Counted from the stretch's first letter, positions 11,801 through 26,055 are shown. The stretch is 64,000 nt of DNA from Geosiphon pyriformis uo1 (GCA_016748015.1 JAAOMT010000703.1:62001-126000), one strand, 5' to 3'. Made by a program: numbers and translations. Notes: generated by a model from the sequence alone, not told the origin.

Positions 11801-14575
11801 AAAAAATTGAACTAAAACACAAATATTGTTTGATACTATTTTTGATTCTTAATATAAACAATATGTTTTACTTAATTATATCAATAATAATTCTTTTAAT
11901 AGAATTATAGATTATATTACTTTAGATGAATTTTTAAATATTATTAAAAATCTGCTAAATAATAAAATTGCTAATTTTTTTAGGATTACTAATGAATTAT
12001 AAAAACATTATAATAAGTTTGTTATTGACTTGTTTTTAAATCTATTGAATTTTTGTTTTGTTTTAAAATTAGTTTTTATTCAATATAAAAAGCTTGAATT
12101 TTAATAATTTCCAAATTTTATAATTAAAAAAGTTTTTTTAAAAATATTGTTAAATTATATTTTATTCATTTACAGTAAGTTTAAAATATTTTATGGTAAT
12201 AATATTTTAGGTTTAAAAAATATATTTATATTTGTTTTGATTATAATTTTAAATACTATTGTAAAAAATATTTTTAAAAAAAACTCTAAGTTGTATTTAA
12301 TGTTGTAAAACATTTATAAAGCTTATAATTTAATTAGTTGATTTTATTTTTAAGCCAGTTTAAAGAAAATTAAAATATGTAAAAAGTTTATTAATTTTTA
12401 ATAGTATTTATATTAACAAAAAAATTATAAATTTTTTTTATTAATTAATGGTTTTTGCCAAAAAAAAAATAACACTGATATTTTAATATTTTTTATTTAC
12501 AAGCAATTTTTTTAAATATAGTTTATTTAAAGTTTATTTTAATATTAAATATTTTGCAAATATGATTTTATAAAAAACCATTTTTAAATTTAGTTTCTGT
12601 TATATTGTATTTAATTATTAATTATTTTATTTAATTTTTTCAAAGTATGTAATTTAATATAATTTCAGATTTAAAGCTAATTAGTCAAAAAAATTTTTAA
12701 TTGATGCTTTATATTATTTTTTTTATATAATATAAAGTTATTTGTTTAAGTTTAAATTAAAGACAAAATTTTTTTATTATTGGCTTTTTTTAATATACAA
12801 GATATTATTAAAAAATTATTTATTTACAAATTTTTGAATTTGCAAATAACTAAATAAGTTTCTAAATATCTGCTACAATTTTTGGTTAAATTAAAAATCA
12901 ATTTAGCAAAAAATTTTTTTAGATTACAGAATCTTATTAAATAATTTTTTATTATTAATTTTTTGCTATGTAAATTAGATCTTAATTTATAATATTTTTA
13001 ATATAAAATTATATTATATGATAATTGGCTTTTTAAAAAAAATTTATTGTGGTTTTTGTTGACTAATTTCTTAATAAATTTGGTTTAATTTATAATTAAA
13101 AAACATTTTAATATTAAAAACATCTGAATTTTAGGAGTTTTGTATTTTAATAATTCAAAATTGCTACATAATTTTTGTATAATTAAAATTAAATTTTAAT
13201 TTGGTTATTGTTATAATGTTTTAAGTTTAATTAAATTTTTAATAATTAAAGATAGTTTGTTAAGCTTTGTTTTTTTAATAATAAAAGTTTTTATTAATAA
13301 ATTATTATAAAGTCTTGGTTTTTATAATATAATATATAAAATTACAGCTTATTTTAAAAGTTTAAATCAAAATATTGGCATTAAAATTTAGAATTTTGTC
13401 TTATTTATGTTAGTAAAATTGCAAAAAATTTGATTAATTCTTAAATATATATTTTTATCTAGTATAATTAATATTATTTTTAACAATTAAATTGTTTTAG
13501 ACTTTTATAATAATAAATTATATATAAATTTTTATGATTTTTGTAAATAATATTAAATAAAAAAACATTAAATTTTTAATTGTATTAATAAAAAAAACAT
13601 TTTAATTAGTTAGTTAAAAATTAAAGACCATTTGAAAGTTGTAAACAATATTATTACAAATAAATTGTCAAGTAATACTATTCATTTATTTTTGTATTTT
13701 TCAGTTATTATTAATACAGTCTTTCTAACAAGTAATAGTATTTTATTTTTTTTATAAATAATAATTTTTGTTTAAGTTTTAATATTTAATAGATATATAA
13801 GTAAAGAATATATACAAAAAATTCATATTTAATATGTTTTTTTTTACATTAATATAATTTTGAATTTAATTTTACATATTAATAATACAGTTAAGATTAG
13901 TCTTATTAAACAAATTATGTTATTTTTTTATTATTATTGTAATAAAAATTACTTAAAAGATATTTTTTTTGTATATTATTATTGTTTTAACTTTTTTTTT
14001 ATATTTTGTTTAAAAATAGCTCAAATATTTTCAATTATATTAAAATTTAAACTATATAATAACCAAAACAAAATACAATTATTAAATTGTATTTTAAAAT
14101 TTGTGCAAATATTGCTTTAGATTATTATTATAGTAAAAAATTTAAATAGATGTTTTACTATTAATATAATAAATTTACTTAAATAAGATTAAACCAAGTA
14201 TGTATTTTGAAATATTTGTAAAATTATTTTACTTGAAAATATTACTTTGCATTAATTATAATTAAAATGTTTTTATATCTATATTAATCAATTTTGTTTG
14301 ATTTGTTTAATAAGTAATACTATATGTTTTAATAAAATAGCTAAATAATTAAGCTTAAAAAATTTATTACAAATAGTTTATTTATTTTAATTTTAGAATA
14401 TGGTTTTGTAAATTCTATCTTGATTTTAATTGTTATAGTAAAATAATTTTAATTTTCAATTTTTTTAATCTTGTAACATATTTTTAATAAAGTTTTTTAT
14501 AAATAACTTAAATAATAAATTGCTTAAATTTGATTATTTTTACAAAGTTGTCTTATATATTATTTACAAAAATAA
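8900..14575 (+). mobile_element. Ultra-decayed LINE of the same family (nearly all G/C lost), interrupted by a solo LTR; copy U
   Basis: Landmarks in correct order: ~9740 SINVFVKQNNIIR (cf. GMNVHAKQDNVVR), ~10130 SFKKCLDLDLIN, ~11950 NLLNNKIANFFRITNEL*KH (DLPDGKAAGLSGISNELWKH), ~12300 L*NIYKAYNLIS* (LQDMRKAYDSVGW), ~13615 LKIKDHL (VKVKGHS). Ends approximate. Confidence 0.75.
10176..10962 (-). repeat. Solo LTR, second LTR family (~0.8 kb), inserted in LINE copy U
   Basis: Termini tattatcag...ctaataata are decayed TG...CA inverted ends, flanked by ATAA/ATAG (4-bp TSD with one transition). LINE endonuclease sequence resumes at 10963 (SFFIKKVT*S). Internal ~67-bp tandem duplication. Confidence 0.65.
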
Positions 14576-14742
14576 AAAAACATTGGTTTTTTAAAATATT
14601 TTAATTAAGCTTTAATAATTTTATTGCCAAAATCTTTTAATAATTTTATAATTAAATATTTTTTATTATAAAAAATAAAATACATTATTAATTAAAATAA
14701 ATTTGTTTTAAAAATAAAAATAATAATATAGAATATATATGC

Positions 14743-15010
14743 TGTTATTAAAAATTTTTTTTACTTTTTTTTAATATTATTAATACTGTTTTGTTAATTC
14801 TGCTGCTAATAAAATTTAATAAGTTTCTAATAAGTTAAATTTTTTTTCAAAATATCTTTTTATCCTTTGAACTATATATGTAATTGAGCTTATAATAAAA
14901 TAACCAATTTTATACCAATTATTATGTAGTTATTTTACAATAAAAGTTAATTTTTTTACAAAAAAATCTTATCTATAAGCTTTTTAAAATAATATATAAT
15001 TATTTTGCTG
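14743..15010 (-). repeat. Partial LTR, second family
   Basis: Colinear with 10176-10440; truncated where a different LTR (tgttac...) starts at 15012. Confidence 0.65.
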
Positions 15011-15011
15011 T

Positions 15012-15700
15012 TGTTACAAATAATTATTTGAACAGTTAGAACAAATAACAAATCTATAATTTGATATTAAATTAATAGTTATAATAATAATTTCTAAAGA
15101 TTTTAAAATCTGAAGATTTAATTTAAATTTTTTATATAATAAATAAAAATTCAATTAATATTGTCTTTTATAATTTTTTTTTTTTGTATAATAGACAGTA
15201 ATTTAATTAATATTGTTTTTTATGAATTTTTTTTAATATAATGGCCAGTTTAATCTGGTAGTTGTATTTTTTTGGTAAGCTATTTTTTTAAATTTTATTC
15301 TTGTTTTATAGATTTTTTATTAAGCTACTTTTGATGTCAAATTTTAATGCTTAATTTTTTTTTAATCAATTAGTAAACACAACAACAAAATAAAAAAAAT
15401 TAAAAAAAATTAAAAAATTAATATTCTATTAATAACTATAATTAAAAATTATTGTTTCAATATGATTAAGTATTAAGTATTATTATTATAAAATGTTAAT
15501 ATAACAAAAAATAGTAATTAATTCAATTAAGCAATAATAATAACATAAATTAAATAGTAATTAATAATTTTATTAATAAGTAAATAATTTTTTTTTCAAG
15601 TAATAGCTAACTAACTTTTAAAAAAGATAGAAAAAATAAAAATTAAAACTTGAATTTTTGTTTATTTTTTTATTTTTTTATTTTTACTGTTATATATACA
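15012..15700 (-). repeat. Decayed LTR related to the main Gypsy LTR
   Basis: Starts tgttacaaataattatttgaa (cf. tgttatgggtaaacttgg), has an A-tract at ~15385-15420, and is an inverted match to 7840-8272. End approximate. Confidence 0.55.
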
Positions 15701-15800
15701 AAATTTTTATTATATAAAATTTTTATTAATAGTATTATTAAAATTCTGGAATCTTAAAATTTTAGTTAAAAAAATTCTAGAATTTTTCTTTTTACTATAC

Positions 15801-16758
15801 TATTACTAAAAGCTTTTGGTCTCTTTTTTTAAATATTGTTATTGTTTACTGTTAATTCTTAATTATTAAAAGCTAGTGAATCTTTAATAATTAAATTTAT
15901 TTTCAAATTATTTTCTATAATTTAAATTACTAGATTTATAAGTAGAATAGTTAATTCCATACCAATTATTTTGTATAGTTACTTTACAGTAAAAATTAAC
16001 TCTTTTTTAGAAATTGCTTGTCTAAAAACTTATTAAAATGTGTAATTATTTTGCTGTAAAAGTTAACTCTTTTACAAAAATTTTGTTTATAAGCTACCTT
16101 AATAATTATAATAATAAAAAAATATGAAAAATATAAAAATATAAAAAAAATAAAAATTCATTAAAAAAAGTATTTTTTGTTTAGACTTGGAATTACTAAT
16201 GGATTATTAAAATTAGTAGTTAATTAATTTCAAAATATTAATTGAGTTTTAAAAAATTTTTAATATAAATAATTAAAAGAATTTATTTTTCAAAATATTT
16301 ACTTTTATTAATTTGTATAAGTAAAAATAATTTTAAGTAAAATAATTTGGAGTCTAATATATTTTTTCAAAAAAAAAGTTTTTTTTTATATAATTTCTTA
16401 TAGTATTAGTCTATAAACTTAAACTTTTTTTTTACTATAATTTCAATAAACTAAAAATTTATTTTAACAAATTTTAAGTTGTTTCTATAAACTATAAACT
16501 ATTTTAGTAAACTATTAAATTATTTTGTAAAATTTTACAAATTTTGGCAAATTTTTGAATATTATAGAGTTTAATATACTACATAATTTGATTGTAACAA
16601 TTATGTATTATACAAATTAGATTATTAATTAAATAGTAATGTTTGCTAATTTAATTAAATAATAAGTAATAATTGGAATAATAATAATATGTTAATTAAT
16701 AATAAAAATTATAAGAGTAATTTTATGTTAATTAATAGCTAAAATTCTATTAATAACA
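15801..16758 (-). repeat. 3' LTR, second family
   Basis: Colinear with 10176-10962 and 22160-22942. On the minus strand it is preceded by gcttaatcttaagaaaaaaaatta|TGT, resembling the Gypsy PPT junction gctcaattttaaaaagagagagataa|TGT. Confidence 0.65.
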
Positions 16759-17480
16759 TAATTTTTTTCTTAAGATTAAGCTTTATTAAATTCCAAGTAC
16801 TATTTATAATATTAAAATAGTAATTCAAGATTATTAAAATAATTTAATTTAAAAATTGTTAAAATTTTAGTTTTATAAGCTTATCAATGTATTAAATTTA
16901 TATTGATTAAAGTATTAGATTTTGTAAGATATTTTTACAAGTATTGAATAAATTGTGGAGTTTAAAAGTAGTTCTGAATTTTTAGTAAGTATTTATTAAT
17001 CCAGTTGTTGTCTTGAATTTATTGTAAATTTGTTTTTATATAGTTTTAAAAGTAAGATTGGTTGTTTCAAGTTTCAGTTTTCATTAGTGCAATATTTTTT
17101 TAATTTGAAAATATCAATAAATAGAAGTATATTTACTGTTTTTATTAAGACATATTTAAATTTTTTATTGTATTATAGCATTTAAGAAAATGTCAATAAG
17201 AGTAAACAATAAGGGTTTTTTTAAAGCTTGTTTTAAAAGTTCTGATAAGTAACTTCTAAAATAACTTTTTGTGTTTTTTCTATATAAGTAATAATTTTGA
17301 AAATTATTTATTATTAAAACTATAGTTTTTTTTAAATATAATTAATTTGATTTCCATTAATTATTATAAATAAGTTAGAAAGTGTTTTTAAAGTTAACAT
17401 TAATTTTTGGGATATTTGTTAAATATTTTGGTAAATAAGTATTATAAAATTAAAGAAAATAATAAATTTTTTTGTGAAAA
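16759..17480 (-). mobile_element. Decayed internal 3' region of an LTR retrotransposon (PPT plus probable extra ORF)
   Basis: Position directly upstream of the PPT/LTR. Terminal codons EFNKA*S* resemble the ORF3 end SFAGAQF*. Otherwise weak. Confidence 0.4.
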
Positions 17481-17512
17481 AAAATAAATAGAAAATATTA
17501 TTATTATTATTA

Positions 17513-20500
17513 TTTTTTTTATTTTGGTTTAACGAGTGTGGCCCAATTGCTATCTAGAGTATATGTGATAAATACACATCACAAAGCTAAATGCAATTCA
17601 CACGCTTACAACATGTGACCAGCCACTTGGGCCAGTCCAAGTTACACTACAAATTAGCAATCACTGATACCATATCCCTCATACCTGAAAAAACCTGACC
17701 ACTAGTATGCATACCAGAATACACTCCTCTGGTCTCATCTAAACTAAGCAATCTGACAACTCCAACATTCAGCCTATCTCTAACAATATCCATTAAATGT
17801 GACACACTGCTATCGGCAATTACTTTTCCTGCCTTTTCCATGAACAATCGATGGCTAAATCTCCTGCATCATATCACAGATCTGTGGAATAAAGCCAGGT
17901 CCCTGACAAAATCAATTACCATCGCACCAGCCACAATAGAGCAACCAAGAGCATCCAAAGCCTCATGGCACCAGCCACTTGGCACAAAGCCTTTAGCCAA
18001 CATGGAATAAAACCCAGCATTATTTGTACCAAAAGATAGGTTCCATACTACCACAAAAGAAAAGATAGTAACATTAGGCAGTGACAACCACCTTGTACAA
18101 AACTCAGACAAAATTTCATTGCAAGCCAACATATTAGAGGGGCACACAAAAAAATGTTCAGATGTGTCAACCATATCACAAAACACACACATAACACTAG
18201 AATAAAAAACACAGTACACACGCTTGCAGACTGTTACAGACAGACAGCCATACAATGATTTCATAAAATAAGATCTCAAAGTTGCTGACTGACAGTTTGT
18301 GTAGCCAGAAGCCATGTGACTATTGTGTTAGACTGCAAAAGTTCTCTTCCAATCCACTGAATTGATATTACAAGTATCACTGATCTTGGAACCAAACTCA
18401 TTTTTCCAATTTGCACAATATAAAGTATGAAAAAAGTTCCTAATGTAATGTTGAATGTTGTAAGGTAACACCAGATCACCCAATTTTAGAAAAAACTCAT
18501 CAACATAAATAGAAAATAAGGCATTGTGCCAGCAGGCATTCAAGGTGATCTTATTAGTGCACTTGTTCCTTAGAATGCCAGAATGGCCTTTGACTTTGAG
18601 CCATGTCACAGCAAGTGACTTTTTTCTAATAAAGTTGACTATCTGCCTATGCTCTATCTAAAGATTCTTCTGGAAATCTGGACGAGCCAAAAGCAATTTG
18701 TCTGAACAAGCAGAAAGAGCAGTCTGGTTATTAGAGTGAATAAAGACACTGCTACCTGAAGGGACACAGGTGAATGTGAGAGCAATGGCTTTAAGTTCCA
18801 CCAAAATAGATGACATGACCCCCTGAACTCTTGCATCAACTCCAAGACCAAACTTTGGGAAGAATACAGCAGCCTTGGCTACCACAGAACAAGAACCAAA
18901 TTGTTTTACAGAACCATCTATATACACGTCAAATGAAACCAGACCAGAATTCAAAAGAATATTTTGAGCTTTGCTAATTGTGCTGGTGACAACAGGGTAC
19001 TCTGGACGGTCAATAGACATACACGGTCTGACATTAGCAGCTAACAAATGAGCACCCAAAAAGTGAATGGCCAAGTCAAACCAGACTGGAACAGGACCAT
19101 GCAGATTCAACTGCTTTCAATGCTTGAAATATTTCCAGTTAAAGCATTCATTCTTTTTGGTTAACAATTGATCTATGAAAGCAATTTTATAGCGCTTCAG
19201 TGAACGAGCTACCCTGAAGAATACACTGTCACCAAGAACTTCTGAGATCAGCATTCCAATGGAGTAATGAAAAGCTGTTGGCAGAATAGAAAAAGACAGT
19301 CCACAGAATGAAAAAATTTTCACTATCCTGGCTAAAAAATTATCCTTAAGATTGACCCACAATCTAATAGGACAGCATAACAGATAAACAGGTGACCAGC
19401 TGACAACTTGCAAATCCAAACTCCTATGAATGAAAAGTCACCCCAAAATACCCAGAGCATTCGCAAAATTAATGACAGAAGATGACTTACTCTCAGACTG
19501 TACCTGGGCGAATGTCTTGATGCCATAAAATAAAGGATATAACAATACAGCCATAGAAAAATCATGAGGAAGATGTGTCTTAAACTTTAAATCTCTCCTA
19601 ATAATAACATCCCATCTAAAGCAAACTACACTAAGAATAAAGCTGAACTGGATTCTGTAGCTGACAATAGATTGCAGGACAGATGACACCAAATAGCAGA
19701 ATTGTTTATCAAATATAGCTTTACGCAAAACCACATTAGAGAAAAAGTGCATATCTGAATGCATCTTCAGCAAACTCGGCTTTGAAAGCTCTTCTATTGA
19801 TAAAAAATGCTCAAATAATGATGAGATTCACCTTTTTGGCCACAGCAATTGGTGTGCCATTAATAGTCAAGGAAATGTCCTTTACTCTTTGATTGAGAGG
19901 AATGGTGACAGTCTTTTCCGTGTTTATAGAAATATCATTAAGAGCAAAAAACTCGCTTGCGATGTTCAAAATACATTGGGTGGTAGCTTGACTACTGCTC
20001 ACCCAGATTGTATCATCTACAAAAGCCCCAGCAGCAAAGAAAGATGTCATTCCTGCTTGTGATTCTACTCTGCCCGACTTGGCAACAAGTTTTGAATCAA
20101 TCCTGCATTTACACAAGTGTTTTTGACTTTTGATTTCACACAAGAGAGAATCATAAAAAATTCTCCAAAGAAGTGGAGAAAACACTTCGTCTTGGTCAAG
20201 TCAATCCAACACCTTATAACCATTAGAGAGGCCAAAATCTGTCATAACTCTGTTGGTTCTGTTCAAATGGATATTCCCAAAAAATTTGATAAATCTATTG
20301 TACATTTTAATGCACCTCAAACTAGACCTTAAATGAAACTATCCCACAGAGTCATAAGCCTTCCACATGTCTTGCAATACCAGTCAAAGTTCCCTACCCT
20401 TCTTTAAGGCATCTTCTATAATGGACCCAATAACAAATACAGACAACTGAGTCAAAGTACTTCTTAAAACTGAAAAATTGTCACCTTTAAGAACATCAAA

Positions 20501-22160
20501 TGTATTGCAAGCTGCAGATATACAGTCAGACAAAATCTTTGACAAAATTTTACGAACAGTTTCTATTAATGCAATTGGCTGTGTATTAGTGAGACATCCT
20601 TCCTATTCATATAATTTAGGGATTATAGAAACCCAGACACATTTCCACAAAGCTGGAACATCTCTACACACAAGACAAAAATTTAGCAAATTCAGAAGGC
20701 AACCCAACACTAAATTACTACTATGCTTCCAAAGTTCATTCGAGATACCTAAGAGGCCAGCAGCTTTGCCATCCAGCAAATTCTTCACAACATCGCATAA
20801 ATCACCCAACCTGATTTCATTCATCACACCAGAAAATGCATCATCAACTACATAGTCCAAGAGAGCATACTAACAGGACCACAAATCAGGCACTGATTCA
20901 GGTACTTTGTATTTTCTAGTCCAATTAACCATGATATCATCAATCTTGGTCTTTACTTCAGCTGGCTTCAAAATTAAATCACCATCCAATACCAAGTGAT
21001 CAAAAACAACCTTGCAAAAGGGGTGCTCTAGAATACTACTGATCATGTTTTCTTTTTCCAAAACAAAGTCATCCATGTATTTACTAATTGCCTTGTTGAT
21101 AGAGGCATTCTTAGCCAGTTCAGATTCAACATACTTAGCCTTATGGTAATGTTTTTTAGCAACTGACAATTGTTTAAAAACCTTAACAGAATTGCTACGT
21201 GTATCAAGTAGACCAGAAATTTTGGAGGATTCCACATCATCCAAAACTGACCAAATTTTGACAAGATGGGCAACTCTTAGAGAATTGTCCACACTCAGAG
21301 CCTTAATTATCTTGGCAATTAACAATTCAAGCCAGTAGAACCTAGACAAATGTTTGTTCTTAGAACAGTCAAAGATACTGTACCAATGTTTAGAAAAAAT
21401 GGAGTCTGCTGACATTGTTAACACTTTTTCCAAAAGTTTCCACATAGTGTTCAAATTACTCAAATCCTTAGCAGTGGTGAAGTCATCTCTCAAAAGCAAC
21501 ATGTTAACAGTAGCATGCTCATTGAAACATTTCTATTTAGCAGCATCTGAGTTTTTAAAGTTAAACTTCCAATGGTTTGTGTTCACAAGCTTGTGCAAAG
21601 TATTCAACTGCTTGTCTAAAAAGCCACCCAGCTCCACTGAGATCGACACAGCCAAGTAATCAGTGTTAAAATAGTCCAAAACTCCACCAATGTATTCACC
21701 AAACACAGCTGACGAAAGATGATTACTCACAAAAATGAAATCAATAGTCTTTTTTATTCCTTTAGAATTGCATTATGTAGGAGATTTGAATATGAGACCT
21801 GTCAAAAATGCATTGAGTAATCCCAAATCTGAGCATTTTTTGAAACTCACACTATGCCTGGCCCCATTCTCATAAAAATCACTACTGAAAAGAACATGAG
21901 AGCTGCTAATTGCTGATGCAATAAGAGCATTAACAGCAGAAGTCTGCTCAAATCTTACACCAGCTGAAGCACCAGCATATAGACCTAAAATTGTAACAGA
22001 AGCCTTACCAGCAAAAAAAAGACAAACAGAAATAAGGCACCCAGAGACCTCTGAAATTTTACATACATGACAAACAAAATTGTCATTTAAAATGATTGCA
22101 ACCCCTAATCCACAATGTCCAGAATCCATTCCAGAGCTAAAAACTTTTACACCAAAAAAC
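17513..22160 (-). mobile_element. 5'-truncated LINE, copy B (ORF2 from mid-endonuclease to 3' tail; ORF2 remnant 17647-~22160)
   Basis: GKAAGLLGISNELWKH, AGAFVDDTIW, VYIDGSV, WLKVKGHSG, CVFC-x7-HFFVC. 3' element at 17535-17648 and T-run tail. No convincing TSD. Confidence 0.9.
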
Positions 22161-22942
22161 CAGTTATTTTGTATAGTTACTTTACAATAAAAATCTATTT
22201 TTTTTTAAAAATTGCTTGTTTAAAAGTTTATTAAAATATATAGTTATTTTGTTATGAAAATCAATTTTTTTACAGAAATTTTATTTGTAGATTATTTTAA
22301 TAATTATAATAAGAAAAAAAATATAAAAATATAAAAGAAATAAAAATTTGTTAAAGAAAGTGTTTTCTGTTTAGATTTAGAATTACTAATAAATTACTAA
22401 AATTGATAGCTAATCAATTTTAAAATATTAGTTAAGTTTTAGGAAATTTTAAACATAAATAATTGAAAAAATTTGTTTTTCAAAATATTTATCTTTATTA
22501 ATTTATATAAGTAAAAATAATTCTAAATAAAATAATTTGAAGTTCAATATATTTTCTTAAAGAAAGTAGTTTTTTTTTATATAACTTGTTATAATATTTG
22601 TCTATAAACTTAAACTTTTCTTTTGCTATAATTTTATAAATACATTTTAAAAAACTCAAAGTTGTTTTTATAAACTATAAACTATTTGGTAAATTATTAA
22701 ATTGTTTTACAAAATTCTACAAATTTCAGCAAATTCTTAAATGTTACAAAGTTTAATATATTACATAATCTAATTGTTATAATTTTGTATCATATAAATT
22801 GAGTTATTAAATAAATAATAATATATACTAATTTGATTAAATAATAAGTAATAATTGAAACAATAATAATATATGTTAATTAATAATAAAAATTATAAGA
22901 GTAATTTTATGTTAATTAATAACTAAAATTCTACTGATAATA
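22160..22942 (-). repeat. LTR, second family, truncated at the LINE B junction
   Basis: Closely colinear with 15962-16758; ends ...ctactgataata. Confidence 0.7.
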
Positions 22943-22984
22943 ATATTTATTTTTAATTGATTATTTATTTAGCTTATTGTTTTT

Positions 22985-23358
22985 CTATTTTTATATAATT
23001 TGTTGTAATATTATTTTATAATTTAACATTTTTTTTTCTAATATTTTGGTAAATTAAAGATATATTTGTTAAATTACAAGTTATTTTTATAAACTATGAA
23101 TTATTTTGAATATTTATTAAATTTTTAAATATTTTAGTAAATTTTAAATATTATATAGTTTGGTATATTATATAATTTAATCATTACAATTTAGTTATAT
23201 TTGTGTTCTGTACAAATTATATTGTTATTTAAATAATAATTAAGTAAATTTAAAAAGATATTAAGTAATAAATTAAAATAATTATATATATTAATTAATA
23301 ATAAAAATTATAAAAATAATTTTATATTAATTAATAATTTAATTTTTTACTAATAATA
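22985..23358 (-). repeat. Partial LTR, second family
   Basis: Matches 10780-10962 and ends with the same terminus (ttttactaataata). Confidence 0.6.
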
Positions 23359-24256
23359 CAAATTATTATTTAAAATATTTTAACAATAACTAATCAGATT
23401 ATAATAAAAATTATGTATTATAAAAATTAATTTGCTATTATTTTTTAAAAATATTATAAAAAATTTTTTAAAGTAGATAATACAATCATGTTTAATAATA
23501 AGTACTATTTTATTTAAAACATATATGATTTAATCTGTTATATTTAATAAAAATCTAAACTAAAAACTATATAATTTTTTTTACTTTTTTAATATTAATT
23601 ATATTTATACTTTTTAAGTATAATATTTTAATTTATATATATAGTTAAAGTTTACTAATAAGCTTATATTAAATTTACAAATTTATATAATAAAAATATT
23701 ATATAAACAATTTTTAATTACTATTTAGAAAAAGTTATATAACAAATAATACTTTGAGATTATATGTTTTTACTACAATAATATTAAATTTTTTAATTAT
23801 ATTTTTATGTATATATTAAATAAAAATACAAAAATAAAATTGCTGTAGAATTTGACAAATTTATAAAAGTTATTTATTAAGATTTTGCCAATATTATTTG
23901 TAATTTTGGATTTTATTTGTTTTTACTTGTCTAATAGTATTTTATATAATATGTTTTATAAAGATTTTGTGTTTAAAAATTGGTATATTAAAACTGTTTT
24001 TGTGTTTAAAATTTTTAAGATTGCTTTTTTTTAGTTAGTTTTTTGTGTATATTAAATAATTTTAATTATAGAAAAAAGATTTAATTATATAGAACAAATT
24101 ATATTAAGAAAAAAATTTTTAATTCTTTCTTTCCTTCATCCAAAATTCCCAAAAAAGAGTCAAAAGTTTTTTCAAAAGAAGTTTTTTACCATTCAGTATG
24201 ATAAATCAAAACCATTTTTTGATTACAAGGCCACTGTTGGCTCTGTTATTGCTGTT

Positions 24257-26055
24257 ATGAAGAAGGCTACCAAAGTTTCTGGTTCTGAGGATGGTTTTAA
24301 GATGGTCGTGTCGAGGAAGAAGAGAAAGGGTAGTGTATTGGCAGAGAGTGTTGATAATAGAGAGGTTGCTGATAAAGCTCTTGGTAATCATTCATGGGGT
24401 TCTGAGGCAGGTGACACTATTGAATCTGAGAGTATTGACATGAAGGAGAAGTGCTTGGTTAAGGAAACCAGTGTTAACTATAGTGAGAATGGTGCTTTCG
24501 CAGAAGGAGATCCTGATCAAACGCCTAAAAATTTGCATGTAAAGACCAAGAAGGTGTTAGGAAAGCCTCTGGGTGTAATTGATTATGATATTGTCAATGC
24601 AGACGATAACATGTTAGACGGTTCCTTCCTTCTCCCACCCTCTTTGTCTATCAAACTGTCCATTCAAGTGTCTGTTCGCAAATCCTTTGCTTTGGATATT
24701 GATCTCATGACTGTTGCTGGAAAATCATCTCAGGAAAAATTGAACTTTGTCAAAAAAATTTTTCAAGTGTAAATGGTTTTGGGAGGGCCTTTACTCCCTC
24801 AAAATTTGGTGGAATCATCTGGGCATCTTTCACTTCTGAAAAAGTGATGATGACAGCTGCTTAATTAGCAAATGATTATAGTGTTGTGGTAAACACTGAT
24901 CTTAAGCACCCTATCAACAATCGTATGAATTGGGCAATTGTGTTAAAAAAAATTCCTGTGGGAACTTCCATCGAGACAGTGTGTGCAGTCATTTCTGAAT
25001 TTGGGCTTATTAAGTTGATCAAAATGCAGTTGGTGAGTCTATGGCAAAAGATGATTATTGAATTGGAAGATCAAATTCAGGCTGATTTCTTGGTGGCTAA
25101 GTGGTCTGTCCTTATTGGGAAAGATGCAGTGCGTATGGCCTGGGCCAATGTTTACAAACAGATGTGGGATGCCAGAGATGAGTTCAGAGCTTTGCTTTAC
25201 ACTCTTCCTATAGGCATTACTGCTTATGATCTTTGGAACTTCATTGGTTCAGTTGGTGGGAAAACATGTGTTATTAAATGCAGCTCTGTTAGTTATGTCC
25301 AAGCATGCTGTGCTACTGTGTGCTTCGATTCTGAAGGTAGCCTTATTTAGGCGATGGCAAACACTCTTATTATAAAAAGCGTTGGTCTCCGATGGTCTTG
25401 TTTAACCACTGCACTGTGCTCAATTTGCAGAAATTCCAGTCATACATCTCTCGCTTGTCGTACTGCTGGTGTGTCCTCAAGTCCTAAGAGCAAGAGAGCT
25501 CCTCTCTCAGCTCAGAATCAGCTCCATCTGGCTAAGATATATGAAAAAAAATCTGCCCCCATTTCCCATCCTTTGGCTTTCGGTGAAAAAACTTGGGCCT
25601 CCGTGGTTGGTAAACTATTCTCATTAATGTCATTTAGTGGTTCAGTTCAATCTGGTTTCATATCTTATGATAAACCTCTCCTGACTATTAGTGGTGAATT
25701 GGAAGACTGTTTGAAGAATATTGAGAACAGTCTTGTCAGCCTCACAGGACAAATTGGTGAGTTGGCTAAGAGATTGAACTCATTCATGCCAGCAGTTTTC
25801 CAGCCTAGCTCTGGATGTCAGCTGCCAGTGATCCCCTCATTGTGGAATCAAAAGGAGGATATAGTGATGGGAGTGAGTTTGGGTGATGTCACTGGTGACA
25901 AGACTGCTGTTGTTCTTGGTTCAACTGCCTCACCTGAGGTTGTGAAATTGGAAAACATGTTGGAGGGTCTCTCTGCTTTGGTCATGAGCCTATCGGCGTG
26001 CTTAGATGGTTTGGCTTTGGCTGGTGGTGTTCTTCCTCTACCTCATTCTCAATGA
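24257..26055 (+). pseudogene. LINE ORF1 (nucleic-acid-binding protein; RRM-like plus CCHC knuckle CSICRNSSHTSLAC)
   Basis: CX2CX4HX4C motif; one frameshift near 24760 and two in-frame stops; homologous to 5799-7643. Confidence 0.88.

Noticed and set aside
22165-22300. Protein-like repeated peptide (RVDFHSKIT-like) and an ATG inside the second-family LTR
   Set aside because: The internal duplication period is ~67-68 bp (not a multiple of 3) and the ATG is not conserved between copies.
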